64,000 nt of DNA from Methanothrix sp. (lineage in GTDB: Archaea > Halobacteriota > Methanosarcinia > Methanotrichales > Methanotrichaceae), in contig OY821645.1 of NCBI GenBank assembly GCA_963682135.1, positions 2,848,001 to 2,912,000 on the forward strand, in the 5' to 3' direction. Numbering within the stretch: position 1 is the stretch's first letter; every line of letters begins with the position of its first letter. A program made the translations under genes and the position numbers. Below, in pieces: positions 11,601 through 20,237 of the stretch. The notes under the pieces are model-generated. The model was not told where the DNA came from. It ran no database searches and worked only from the letters and a program-made list of their open reading frames with translations.

Positions 11601-14317
11601 TTGCTGATCCAGTAGCTCTGTTCTTTTGGATTCAGCTCGATAGCTTTCTCAAAGGCGTCGATCGACTCATTATATTTTCGTTGAGTATTGAGAGCTCTCC
11701 CTTTGGCTGCCCAGTTGTTAGCGTCCTTTGGATTGAGTTCGATAGCTCTGTCATATGCTTGAAGCGACTCGTTCTTCTGTCCCAGGCTTGCGAGGGGATC
11801 TGCCTTGCTGATCCAGTAGCTCGTCTCTTTTGGATTCAGTTCAATCGCTTTCTCAAAAGCGTCGAGCGATTCGTTATATTTTCGCTGGCTATTTAGAGCT
11901 CTTCCTTTGGCTGCCCAGTTGTTAGCGTCCCTTGGATTGAGTTCGATAGCCCTGTCATATGCTTGAATCGATTCGTTCTTCCGTCCCAGGCTTGCTAGAG
12001 GATCTGCCTTGCTGATCCAGTAGCTCGTCTCTTTTGGATTCAGTTCAATCGCTTTCTCAAAAGCGTCGATCGATTCGTTATATTTTCGCTGGCTATTTAG
12101 AGCTCTTCCTTTTGCGGCCCAGTTGTTCGCGTCCTTTGGATTGAGTTCGGTAGCTTTGTCATATGCTTGAAGCGACTCGTTCTTCTGTCCCAGGCTTGCG
12201 AGGGGATCTGCTTTGCTGATCCAGTAGCTCTGTTCTTTTGGATTCAGCTCGATAGCTTTCTCGAATGCCTCGATCGACTCATTATATTTTCGTTGAGTAT
12301 TGAGAGCTCTCCCTTTGGCTGCCCAGTTGTTAGCGTCCTTTGGATTGAGTTCGATAGCTCTGTCATATGCTTGAAGCGACTCGTTCTTCTGTCCCAGGCC
12401 TGCGAGGGGATCTGCTTTGCTGATCCAGTAGCTCTGTTCTTTTGGATTCAGCTCGATAGCTTTCTCAAAGGCGTCGATCGACTCATTATATTTTCGTTGA
12501 GTATTGAGAGCTCTCCCTTTGGCTGCCCAGTTGTTAGCGTCCTTTGGATTGAGTTCGATAGCTCTGTCATATGCTTGAAGCGACTCGTTCTTTCGTCCCA
12601 GGCCTGCGAGGGGATCTGCTTTGCTGATCCAGTAGCTCTGTTCTTTTGGATTCAGCTCGATAGCTTTCTCGAATGCCTCGATCGACTCATTATATTTAGC
12701 TTGACGATTTAGAGCACTTCCTTTTGCGGCCCAGTTGTTAGCGTCTCTTGGATTGAGTTCGATTGCGTTGTTATAAGCCTGAAGTGATTCGTTCTTCTTT
12801 CCCAGACTGGATAAGACGCCCGCCTTTGCACTCCAGTAGCTCGGTTCCCTGGGATTAAGCTTGATGGCTTTCTCGAAAGCATTGAGCGATTCATTATATT
12901 TTCTTTGACTATTGAGAACTCTACCTTTGCCCGCCCAATTATTTCCGTCTCTTGGATTGAGTTCGATTGCCCTGTCATAGGCCTTGAGTGACTCGTTGAT
13001 CTTCCTCTGGTTGAAAAGAGTCTGCCCTTTCGTAGACCAGGCATTGGGATCTGTTGGGTCTGTGGTATACTTTGGATTGCTTGCATAATCTGGATTTATC
13101 TTGATGGCTCTGTTATAAGCATCAATTGATTCACTGTAATTGCCCAGGTCTTCCAGAATTTCGCCCTTCTTGATCCATATGCTTGCATCCGTTGGATCTA
13201 ATTCGAAGGCTCTATCATACGCTGCGAATGATTCATTGTATCTGCCCAGCAAATAGCGGATATTTCCCGCATTTTTCCAAGCCGTTATATATTCCGGATT
13301 AATCTCGAGCGCATTTTCATAGTTCTCACTGGCCTCTTCCTTATTTCCCAGCATGCCAAGCATATCGCCCTTCTTATTCCAGGCCAGCGCATTTTTTGCG
13401 TCTATTTCTATTGAATGGTTGTAAGATTCGAGGGACTTATTATAATCACCCGTTCTTTCATAATTAAGGCCCTTGATGACCCATGCATTCGCATCTTTCG
13501 GATTATTAATATTATCTTTGTGCCCCGGATATTTTGCAGAAACCATTGTAGCTTTATCATATGCACTGGCCGCATCAGCATGCTTTTCTTGCAAGCTTTT
13601 CACATTGCCTTTGCCAATCCATGCCAGTGCCAGTTCCCGTTCCAGCCGGATGGCTTTCTCATAAGCTTGCAGGGATTCATTATGCATTCCTATGCTTTCT
13701 AGCGCGTTGCCTTTGCCATACCAGGCCATCGCCAATCTCGGATCTAACTCAATAGCTTTATCGTAAGCCTTAATCGAATCATTCTGCTTTTCCAGGGTTT
13801 CAAGCACATTGCCTTTGCCGTTCCAGGCCTGGGCAAATGTTGGATTCAATTCGATGGCCTTGTCATAGGCTCTGGCGGATTCGGCAAAGGATCCCAAATT
13901 TTGCAGTGCATCTCCCAGGCTGTTCCATGCATTCGCAGAATCCGCCTCCAGTTCAATAGCTTTGTTATAAGCATTGATGGAATCATCATACAAACCAAAC
14001 TCCAAGAACGCATTGCCCAGGTCACTCCATGCAGTTGCAGAATCCGGTTCCAGCTCGATAGCTTTTTCATAAGCTCTAATGGAATCATTATACAATCCTA
14101 TTTCCAGGAGCACATAACCTCTGTCGCTCCATGCCGCTGAAAGATTCGGATCTAACTCGATTGATTTATTATAAGCTTTGATGGCTTGGTCATAGGATCT
14201 TATCTTGGCAAAATCGTCTCCTATTTTAAGCCAATCACTGGATGAATATCCCTGAGCGGCCATCAAGGGACAAAGCGCGATTAGTGATATCAAAACCATG
14301 ATAAATATATACTTCAT
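8660..14317 (-). CDS. Giant secreted tetratricopeptide-repeat protein (1885 aa)
   Basis: Signal peptide MKYIFIMVLISLIALCPLMAA; 34-aa TPR units (W..KG..L....Y.ES..AY.KAIELNP) throughout. Confidence 0.93.
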   Translation of the reverse strand: MKYIFIMVLISLIALCPLMAAQGYSSSDWLKIGDDFAKIRSYDQAIKAYNKSIELDPNLSAAWSDRGYVLLEIGLYNDSIRAYEKAIELEPDSATAWSDLGNAFLEFGLYDDSINAYNKAIELEADSANAWNSLGDALQNLGSFAESARAYDKAIELNPTFAQAWNGKGNVLETLEKQNDSIKAYDKAIELDPRLAMAWYGKGNALESIGMHNESLQAYEKAIRLERELALAWIGKGNVKSLQEKHADAASAYDKATMVSAKYPGHKDNINNPKDANAWVIKGLNYERTGDYNKSLESYNHSIEIDAKNALAWNKKGDMLGMLGNKEEASENYENALEINPEYITAWKNAGNIRYLLGRYNESFAAYDRAFELDPTDASIWIKKGEILEDLGNYSESIDAYNRAIKINPDYASNPKYTTDPTDPNAWSTKGQTLFNQRKINESLKAYDRAIELNPRDGNNWAGKGRVLNSQRKYNESLNAFEKAIKLNPREPSYWSAKAGVLSSLGKKNESLQAYNNAIELNPRDANNWAAKGSALNRQAKYNESIEAFEKAIELNPKEQSYWISKADPLAGLGRKNESLQAYDRAIELNPKDANNWAAKGRALNTQRKYNESIDAFEKAIELNPKEQSYWISKADPLAGLGQKNESLQAYDRAIELNPKDANNWAAKGRALNTQRKYNESIEAFEKAIELNPKEQSYWISKADPLASLGQKNESLQAYDKATELNPKDANNWAAKGRALNSQRKYNESIDAFEKAIELNPKETSYWISKADPLASLGRKNESIQAYDRAIELNPRDANNWAAKGRALNSQRKYNESLDAFEKAIELNPKETSYWISKADPLASLGQKNESLQAYDRAIELNPKDANNWAAKGRALNTQRKYNESIDAFEKAIELNPKEQSYWISKADPLASLGRKNESLQAYDRAIELNPRDANNWAAKGSALNRQAKYNESIDAFEKAIELNPKEQSYWIRKADPLASLGQKNESLQAYDRAIELNPKDANNWAAKGRALNTQRKYNESIDAFEKAIELNPKEQSYWISKADPLASLGRKNESLQAYDRAIELNPRDANNWAAKGSALNRQAKYNESIDAFEKAIELNPKEQSYWISKADPLASLGQKNESLQAYDRAIELNPKDANNWAAKGRALNTQRKYNESIDAFEKAIELNPKEQSYWISKADPLASLGQKNESLQAYDRAIELNPRDANNWAAKGSALNRQAKYNESIDAFEKAIELNPKEQSYWISKADPLASLGQKNESLQAYDRAIELNPKDANNWAAKGRALNTQRKYNESIEAFEKAIELNPKEQSYWISKADPLASLGQKNESLQAYDRAIELNPKDANNWAAKGRALNTQRKYNESIEAFEKAIELNPKEQSYWISKADPLASLGQKNESLQAYDRAIELNPKDANNWAAKGRALNTQRKYNESIEAFEKAIELNPKEQSYWISKADPLASLGQKNESLQAYDRAIELNPKDANNWAAKGRALNTQRKYNESIEAFEKAIELNPKEPSYWISKADPLASLGRKNESIQAYDRAIELNPKDANNWAAKGRALNTQRKYNESIEAFEKAIELNPKEPSYWISKADPLASLGRKNESIQAYDRAIELNPRDANNWAAKGRALNSQRKYNESLDAFEKAIELNPKETSYWISKADPLASLGQKNESLQAYDRAIELNPKDANNWAAKGRALNTQRKYNESIEAFEKAIELNPKEPSYWISKADPLASLGRKNESIQAYDRAIELNPRDANNWAAKGRALNSQRKYNESLDAFEKAIELNPKETSYWISKADPLASLGRKNESIQAYDRAIELNPRDANNWAAKGRALNSQRKYNDSIEAFEKAIELNPKHVDAWKGKSDALYFLSRSSESDAALARARELGYKG
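8800..12990. repeat. Intragenic tandem array of ~204-bp (two-TPR) units, about 20 copies, many near-identical
   Basis: Repeated DNA such as ...GCTGATCCAGTAGCTC...TTTTGGATTCAG... and CCCAGTTGTTAGCGTCC at 204-bp period. Confidence 0.95.
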
Positions 14318-14404
14318 ATCGCACCTTAGGACTGGTACTCATCTTCACATCATGTTATCTGTGGTTGATAATAATAGCTATATAATAATTAACCGCTAAA
14401 ACTT

Positions 14405-14769
14405 CGGCTATCCAGTCATCCCTCTTATCATGGCCTCAATTCAGACGATGACCGATATAGCCGTCAATTGCAATTGTTTTCCTAGCTACTTTCTCAACGC
14501 ATGACTTTCCATGGCAAGCACCAGTCCTGCTTATCTCATCCTGAGAATTCTGCAGAATAAACGATTGACGGCCTTGGCCGGTCGCGGCCTTGAGCGACGC
14601 CCGAGGCATTGCGCGGGAGGCCAGCAGGCCGACTCGCGGCACCCCGGAAACAGATGCGCTGTAAATGTCTATATCAAATAGTCATATTAAAAACAGATGT
14701 CTAAAGCCCCGGCTATCCAGTCATCCCCTCTTATCATGGCCTCAATTCAGACGATGACCGATATGGCAG
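14405..14769. repeat. Two ~58-bp direct repeats (14405-14463, 14710-14769), each a stem-loop
   Basis: CGGCTATCCAGTCATCCC(C)TCTTATCATGGCCTCAATTCAGACGATGACCGATAT; internal IRs CGGCTAT/ATAGCCG and GTCATC/GATGAC. Confidence 0.85.
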
Positions 14770-14972
14770 TCAAGATCAACCGTTCTTCTTACCTGCTTTC
14801 CTATTTTCGGTAGTGAAATAAAAGGCTTTCGTCTCGCATGCACGATCCTGGAGATTTCGGACAGGTGCACAATTTTTTAGCATTCGCATATTCCGCCTTC
14901 ACATCACCCAGCTTGCCTTATCATGCTGTGCATTCGCCATTGTTTTATATTTACAGTATCAACAACTGGTGT

Positions 14973-16415
14973 ATGACCGGAAGGGCAAGAAATCATCTCA
15001 TTAAAAATGCATATTTTAAAGAAAATAAGGGCATTAAAATTCTGCATCTGAAGGGCAGTCCCTACGAGATCGGCTATCAGCACGGCTTTCTCTTAGCCGC
15101 CAAGATTGAGCTGATGATCAAGAGAACCCTTCTGGCAACCATAGCTTACGTCGCCCAGCAGACCGGCTCGGATCTCAAGCGGGCAGAGGAAATGATATGG
15201 ATCGGCCAGCAAAAGGCAGAACCCCTCATCCCCCAGGAATCTAAGGATGAGATGAGGGGAATTGCCGATGGTGCAAAAGACGCCGGAGCGGATGTGACCA
15301 TGCAGGATATCCTGCTCTGGAATACTAATTATGATCAATGGTGCATCTACGCTCATCCTCATTACTGGCAATGTGACGCCGGATCAAACACAAATGGCAA
15401 GACCATTCCTGATGCCAATTCTCCGATGCCTGTTCCCTCCGGCGGCTGCAGCAGCTTTTGTGCCTGGGATGAATGGGCTGGAGGAGACGGAAGGCTGATC
15501 TTCGGCAAGAATGAAGACAATTTCAATATGCCTGAGCAGTTGGATAACCGCATGATGGTCATAGCCGACCCTGATGACGGATTCGGCCATGCATTCATGA
15601 CCTATCCCGGCATGATCGGGCTTGATGGCGGCCTGAACGAGGACGGATTTGAGATGATGACCCAGCTGAATTCCATGCAAGATGAAAGCATGCAAGGCTG
15701 CGGCATAGCCATATTCACTCGATATCTTCTGACCCATGCCGGCACGATAGACGATGCCGTCAAGATCTTCCGGGAGACGCCGCGCTCTGCCGGCATTGCC
15801 TATCATGTAGCAGACGGCAAAGCCAAAAAGGCCGCCGTAGTAGAAACGTCCTCCAAGATGGTCTCTGTCCGCTATCCAATGGAAAATGTCAAAGCCTTGT
15901 GGCAGACCAATCATTCCAACTGCTATCCCGGCTGGATGGGCTATTCGGGTTACAACATGGTAGCCGATCAGCAGCCGGTTAATGAGCTCAAGGATATATC
16001 CACAATTGAGAGTTGGCAGAATAGCCTCAAGGACCCTTACAACTTTTATGTTCAGGCTCCCAGCCGCTTCGAAAGATACGGCCAGCTGATACATCAGTAC
16101 TACGGTCGAATAAATGTAGAAAATGCCATAAAAATATTAGGTGATCGCTACGATCCTTACACCCGGGTAACCCGTCCGGTCAATTTCGCCTCCTGGACAA
16201 ACAACATCCTCTGCTCAATATGCGCCCTATATCCTGATTTTGCCTATCAGGCCAGGGAGCCGGTGGGCAAGTTCAAAGCCCATATCGCCAATATGTGGAG
16301 CTTTATTGCTTATCCGGAAACGGGCGATCTCTGGCTGGCAATAAGAGATTTTCCTGCCCAGTACGGCGGATACGAATATTTCAACTTGCAGGAGCTGCTG
16401 GGTTCTTTGCGTTAA
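14973..16415 (+). CDS. C45-family (Ntn-hydrolase) peptidase/acyltransferase
   Basis: LKGSPYEIGYQHG, EMRGIADGA, GGCSSF autocleavage Cys, GKNED, QTNH. Start moved to MTGRAR, 30 bp after TTTTATATTT. Confidence 0.8.
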   Translation: MTGRARNHLIKNAYFKENKGIKILHLKGSPYEIGYQHGFLLAAKIELMIKRTLLATIAYVAQQTGSDLKRAEEMIWIGQQKAEPLIPQESKDEMRGIADGAKDAGADVTMQDILLWNTNYDQWCIYAHPHYWQCDAGSNTNGKTIPDANSPMPVPSGGCSSFCAWDEWAGGDGRLIFGKNEDNFNMPEQLDNRMMVIADPDDGFGHAFMTYPGMIGLDGGLNEDGFEMMTQLNSMQDESMQGCGIAIFTRYLLTHAGTIDDAVKIFRETPRSAGIAYHVADGKAKKAAVVETSSKMVSVRYPMENVKALWQTNHSNCYPGWMGYSGYNMVADQQPVNELKDISTIESWQNSLKDPYNFYVQAPSRFERYGQLIHQYYGRINVENAIKILGDRYDPYTRVTRPVNFASWTNNILCSICALYPDFAYQAREPVGKFKAHIANMWSFIAYPETGDLWLAIRDFPAQYGGYEYFNLQELLGSLR

Positions 16416-16455
16416 TTTGATTGCCAAGGACGAAGCGGGAAGTCCTCTCGCGCCA

Positions 16456-16818
16456 CTATTTCGCTGTTGGGTCCATCTCCCAGATACCAAAGGGGTTGTT
16501 TTCAGTATCCATACAGACTATAAAATATCCCATTCCGGGAACGGCTTTCTTGGGGACGATTATCTTTCCGCCCAGCTTTTCTATTTTCGCTGCGTAATCA
16601 TCCACGGATGGCACTCCTATGTAGTTTATAATTTGTTGGTCGGGGTGCATTCTCTTCATCATACCCCCACCGGGAGCGCCATAGACATCGATCATCATAT
16701 AATCCATGCCTGGCATGCCTGCTATATTCCATCCGAATAGGTTGGAATAGAATGTTTTTGCCCTCTGCATATCATCAGCAGGTATCTCAAAGTGTACTAT
16801 GCTTGCCATTTTCTTCAT
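16456..16818 (-). CDS. VOC/glyoxalase family protein
   Basis: IVHFEIPADD..RAKTFYSNLFGW, GGKIIVPKKAVPGMGYF..DTENNPFGIWE. Confidence 0.92.
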   Translation of the reverse strand: MKKMASIVHFEIPADDMQRAKTFYSNLFGWNIAGMPGMDYMMIDVYGAPGGGMMKRMHPDQQIINYIGVPSVDDYAAKIEKLGGKIIVPKKAVPGMGYFIVCMDTENNPFGIWEMDPTAK

Positions 16819-16851
16819 TCCTCCATTGTTCCTTATGACTATTTCTTGATC

Positions 16852-17060
16852 ATTTCATCCCTGAATTGAATATGCCTTCACGATCTTCAACTGTCTGGAA
16901 TAAATCTGTGACCCTCCGCTTCGTCTTGCCCTCGAACTCATCGAATCTCGACGTCTCAAGTAATACATGTTCCGGCGTACCAGCAAATTCAAACGTTATG
17001 GAAAGCATACTTATTTCCATCCTGGTCGCGCTGGATGAATCGCCAGACTCCTCTAATGGA
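16852..17060 (-). pseudogene. SRPBCC/AHSA1-family remnant
   Basis: My translation of two frames: GVWRFIQRDQDGNKYAFH / TFEFAGTPEHVLLETSRFDEFEGKTK...DLFQTVEDREG..NSGM; internal deletion, no N-terminus. Confidence 0.65.
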
Positions 17061-17133
17061 AACGTTACTGTTTATCCTGAGCCAATGGCAAATCCTTAAT
17101 TATCAGGCCGATAAGAAACCGACGGTGAAAAAC

Positions 17134-17568
17134 ATGTCAAGAAGCTGCAAGCTTGTGCTCTTATTCCTCGCAGTATCGATTCTATCGATCTCGGCTCAGG
17201 CAGAGAGCAATTACAGTGTGAACCTTACGTCAGACAAGTTTCTAGGCTACTATCTGGTGAACCAGAGCGGTTTTGCTCTTTATTACTTCTCAGATGACGG
17301 CAGCGCAGGCGGCATTAGCGCCTGTTACGACGATTGTGCTTCCAAATGGCCCCCCTTCTATGCCGAGACAATAACTGTGCCGGACAGTCTGAGAACCGCT
17401 GACTTTGCCGCCATAACCAGAACCGATGGATCAAAGCAGACCACATTCAAGGGCTGGCCGCTCTACCTCTATTCCCTGGACCAAGCCCCCGGAGATCTCT
17501 TTGGAAACGGAAGGGAAGATAATCTCTGGCATATAGTCGACCCTCAGGATCAGCCTCAGCTCTTCTAG
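17134..17568 (+). CDS. Secreted protein with Lipoprotein_15 (COG4315) repeats
   Basis: Signal peptide; GFALYYFSDD..CYDDCASKWPP; R.DG.KQTTFKGWPLY.Y..D..PGD..G. Confidence 0.85.
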   Translation: MSRSCKLVLLFLAVSILSISAQAESNYSVNLTSDKFLGYYLVNQSGFALYYFSDDGSAGGISACYDDCASKWPPFYAETITVPDSLRTADFAAITRTDGSKQTTFKGWPLYLYSLDQAPGDLFGNGREDNLWHIVDPQDQPQLF

Positions 17569-17967
17569 AGTCCAACCATTATAAAGGATGGATAGCCGGG
17601 GGCAGAGGCACGAGCTGCCATCCTTTTTAGGATCAGAGGAAATCTTTGGTCAGCAAACTAACCCTGCCTTCAGGTACAGCCAAATGCTGCGACTGAGGCG
17701 AAGTGCTCAGGTCATGGATGGCGGGAGCAGCATGCCGCTGCATAGCTTCTTTGCCGGCTTGAGGATTTCGTCCGGGAGAGCCCCTCGCGCACACCCCGCG
17801 ATATTGAGCTTTATATCATTTTCACCGTGGGAAGGGCTCTTGATGATGCGAGGCTAATAGACCTGCTCGCCTATGATTAGCGCCTGGCGCGTTCCGCCAG
17901 TTGTGGTCTGATTTTCTCACCAAAAGACCAAAAGAATGAAATGGATTGAAAAACAGTTGCAATAGCA

Positions 17968-18606
17968 ATGCGCGCAGAATTAATCCTGGTCCTGGTGCTA
18001 AGCCTTGCGGCGCCGGCATTTGCAGCTTATGAATCCGGACCGGTTGGACCATATAATGTATCTTTTGATATGAATACTACAAAGGATTACAGAGTCATCG
18101 TTGAAGCGCCCACTCACGGTGTCACCTCTTTGGGAGTGAACTTTCAGAGATACAACCTAACCGTAGATAGCGCTGATAACCTTGCCTGGCTGGTCCTGAC
18201 TCGTTATGAAGAGCCAATGGTCGCCAATATCACTGCTAACGAATATATTGTGTACAGCGCTCTCATAAGTGCCGGCGCGGATAAGCCCAATCTCTACCAG
18301 CCGGTAATCGACGGAAAGCCGGGTGTGCTGGGCAATTTCAGATTTGAGAGACAATTCTTAGGCCAGGGACAATATCAGGAAGGCGATCTCATCGTCGCGG
18401 CCAGCTACTCTCCGGATGCAAGAATTGACGAGGATGGAGTCTACTGGGGAAGGACCGACTGCCGCATCATATCCACCTTCCCCTGGGAGATCATCAGGGA
18501 CCTGCTTTACACCCTGCATGTTGAGGTGCCCGAAGAAGAAGGCGCGCCCCTCAACCCAGCTAACCCATCCCCTTCCGCAAACCAGACCTCTCTCACTAAC
18601 CAATAA
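17968..18606 (+). CDS. Hypothetical secreted protein
   Basis: Signal peptide MRAELILVLVLSLAAPAFAA; GPYNVSFD motif; 212 aa. Confidence 0.75.
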   Translation: MRAELILVLVLSLAAPAFAAYESGPVGPYNVSFDMNTTKDYRVIVEAPTHGVTSLGVNFQRYNLTVDSADNLAWLVLTRYEEPMVANITANEYIVYSALISAGADKPNLYQPVIDGKPGVLGNFRFERQFLGQGQYQEGDLIVAASYSPDARIDEDGVYWGRTDCRIISTFPWEIIRDLLYTLHVEVPEEEGAPLNPANPSPSANQTSLTNQ

Positions 18607-18708
18607 AAGGCAAACATATCGCGTTCTCATGGGATTGACAGACATCCGGTCCATCACTCAAAGCCTGGAAAAAGGCGTTTTTGGTATGCACAGCTGCATA
18701 TAGGGTTC

Positions 18709-18734
18709 ATGTAGACATTAGGTGATGTCTACAT
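18709..18734. promoter_or_regulatory. Perfect 10-bp inverted repeat (operator-like) upstream of a TATA box
   Basis: ATGTAGACAT-N6-ATGTCTACAT, followed by CTTTTAATATT ~10 bp later. Confidence 0.55.
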
Positions 18735-18805
18735 AAAAATCACCTTTTAATATTAAGCTAATAAACAGGGTATTTGGAGGAATCTAAATCTACTCAATAA
18801 AACTG

Positions 18806-19243
18806 ATGTTGTCAATCCTGGCGCTGGGAATGCTAGCTACAGTGGGCGCTGCCTTGGATGGTATGGGCGATTTCGAATCTGCACCCCGTGATGGCGGACC
18901 TGACGGTTTCGGTGGTCACGGTGGTCATGACGGTTTCGATGGTCGTGGTGATAATCATGATTTCGGCAGCCATAGATATAACGATTGGCTGAATCCCGGT
19001 GGTTATTCGTATACCTATAGCTGGGGATATCCATCTTATTACCCAAATTACTGGTATCCAACATATACTTACACCTATCCGACCTACTACACAACGCCGG
19101 TAGTCTATCCAACATATAATTACTACTACGACCCGGTAGTCTATGACCCCTGGTATGCAACCAATGTCTATGGATGGGGTGGAGCGAGCTACTACTATTC
19201 CAGTAGCTGGTCCTGGTCTAATCATGGCGGATACTTTTTCTAA
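18806..19243 (+). CDS. Secreted Tyr/Trp/Pro-rich low-complexity protein
   Basis: Hydrophobic N-terminus, Gly/Asp/His linker, then ~90 aa with 26 Tyr and 7 Trp. Confidence 0.75.
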   Translation: MLSILALGMLATVGAALDGMGDFESAPRDGGPDGFGGHGGHDGFDGRGDNHDFGSHRYNDWLNPGGYSYTYSWGYPSYYPNYWYPTYTYTYPTYYTTPVVYPTYNYYYDPVVYDPWYATNVYGWGGASYYYSSSWSWSNHGGYFF

Positions 19244-19321
19244 AGATCCAGCCTACGAGTAACGCAGCGTCAGCTTTGGGGAAAGATCGGAAAAACGATC
19301 GAGAAAAACGGTTTCAAACAC

Positions 19322-19370
19322 TGCTGCCGGAAAGGGATTCTGGCGGCAGCCAATCATGTGTTTTTTTTTG
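19322..19370. terminator. Hairpin plus T-run between convergent genes
   Basis: GCTGCCGGAA...TTCTGGCGGC followed by T9. Confidence 0.5.
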
Positions 19371-19396
19371 TCAAAAAAGAAAAATCAACTGTTCTC

Positions 19397-20152
19397 TCAA
19401 GCCGCTGTCTTATCCTCAGAATTCGGCTCTTGCGATCCAGTTGCATCTTCTGCAGGCTCTTTTGCCGGTGGCGAGATGAGCTCTGATGTAACGCGCTCAC
19501 CAGTATGCTTCTCGACATAGTCTACCTCTTTCAGCCCCAGATGATGGATAATCATATCCGCCAGGCCGCGCCTGATCATGAGCCACTCTTTGTAATAGGA
19601 GAGCTCCCAAGGAACGGTAATTATAGCCACATCATCCTTTATTTCCGCTTCGAGATCCATACGGGAAAAGGTCTTGATGAGGGCTTTGAGCTTCTCTTGC
19701 AGATCCTCGATGAACTCATTGATCCTGTATTCATAGACTATGGTCCTGTCGGCCAGAGGATGGTTGAAGTCAACGCTTACCTTTCGCCCGAATATTCTGG
19801 TGACGGTTCCAACCTTATTCTCAACGCCTACGCGCATGCCGGGAACTGGCTTTTTATCCTTAAATTTGTTTATGGGGACGATCTCAACTTTCTTGGGGTC
19901 CCGCAGTCCGAAGGCGCCCTCGGGTGGTATCTCCACCTTGCCACTGTAACCGACCTCTTTTCCGATCAGATCTTCTTCGAAGCCCTTCACGAGTTGGCCT
20001 GCGCCAATTACTATGAGGTGTGGCCCGTACTGGGCCTCTTCGTCAAATATTCCCTTTTCTGTCGCAATGTCCTTATCCGTGGCAGCAATTACCTGCCCTT
20101 CAACGCTCTCCGTGTAATCAATTCTGATGAAATCGCCATTTTTCACAGTCAT
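19397..20152 (-). CDS. Archaeal long-type FKBP peptidyl-prolyl isomerase (SlyD-like)
   Basis: GDFIRIDYT, GQLVKGFEEDL, IPPEGAFG, VDFNHPLA. Confidence 0.93.
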   Translation of the reverse strand: MTVKNGDFIRIDYTESVEGQVIAATDKDIATEKGIFDEEAQYGPHLIVIGAGQLVKGFEEDLIGKEVGYSGKVEIPPEGAFGLRDPKKVEIVPINKFKDKKPVPGMRVGVENKVGTVTRIFGRKVSVDFNHPLADRTIVYEYRINEFIEDLQEKLKALIKTFSRMDLEAEIKDDVAIITVPWELSYYKEWLMIRRGLADMIIHHLGLKEVDYVEKHTGERVTSELISPPAKEPAEDATGSQEPNSEDKTAA

Positions 20153-20237
20153 CTTTTACTCCATCCTAAGCTTAAATGAACTTCAACTAATCCGGGGCAA
20201 GACATGCCTTAAACCTGATTTATACTTTCGCATTCGT

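Noticed and set aside
9233-12712. Repetitive plus-strand ORFs
   Set aside because: Antisense shadows of the TPR repeats.
8800-12990. CRISPR array
   Set aside because: The repeats are contiguous 204-bp in-frame coding units with no unique spacers, and no cas genes are in the window.
17590-17860. Possible degraded GNAT gene on the minus strand
   Set aside because: Only weak fragments (QYRG.., WLYLKAG) across broken frames, which is insufficient support.
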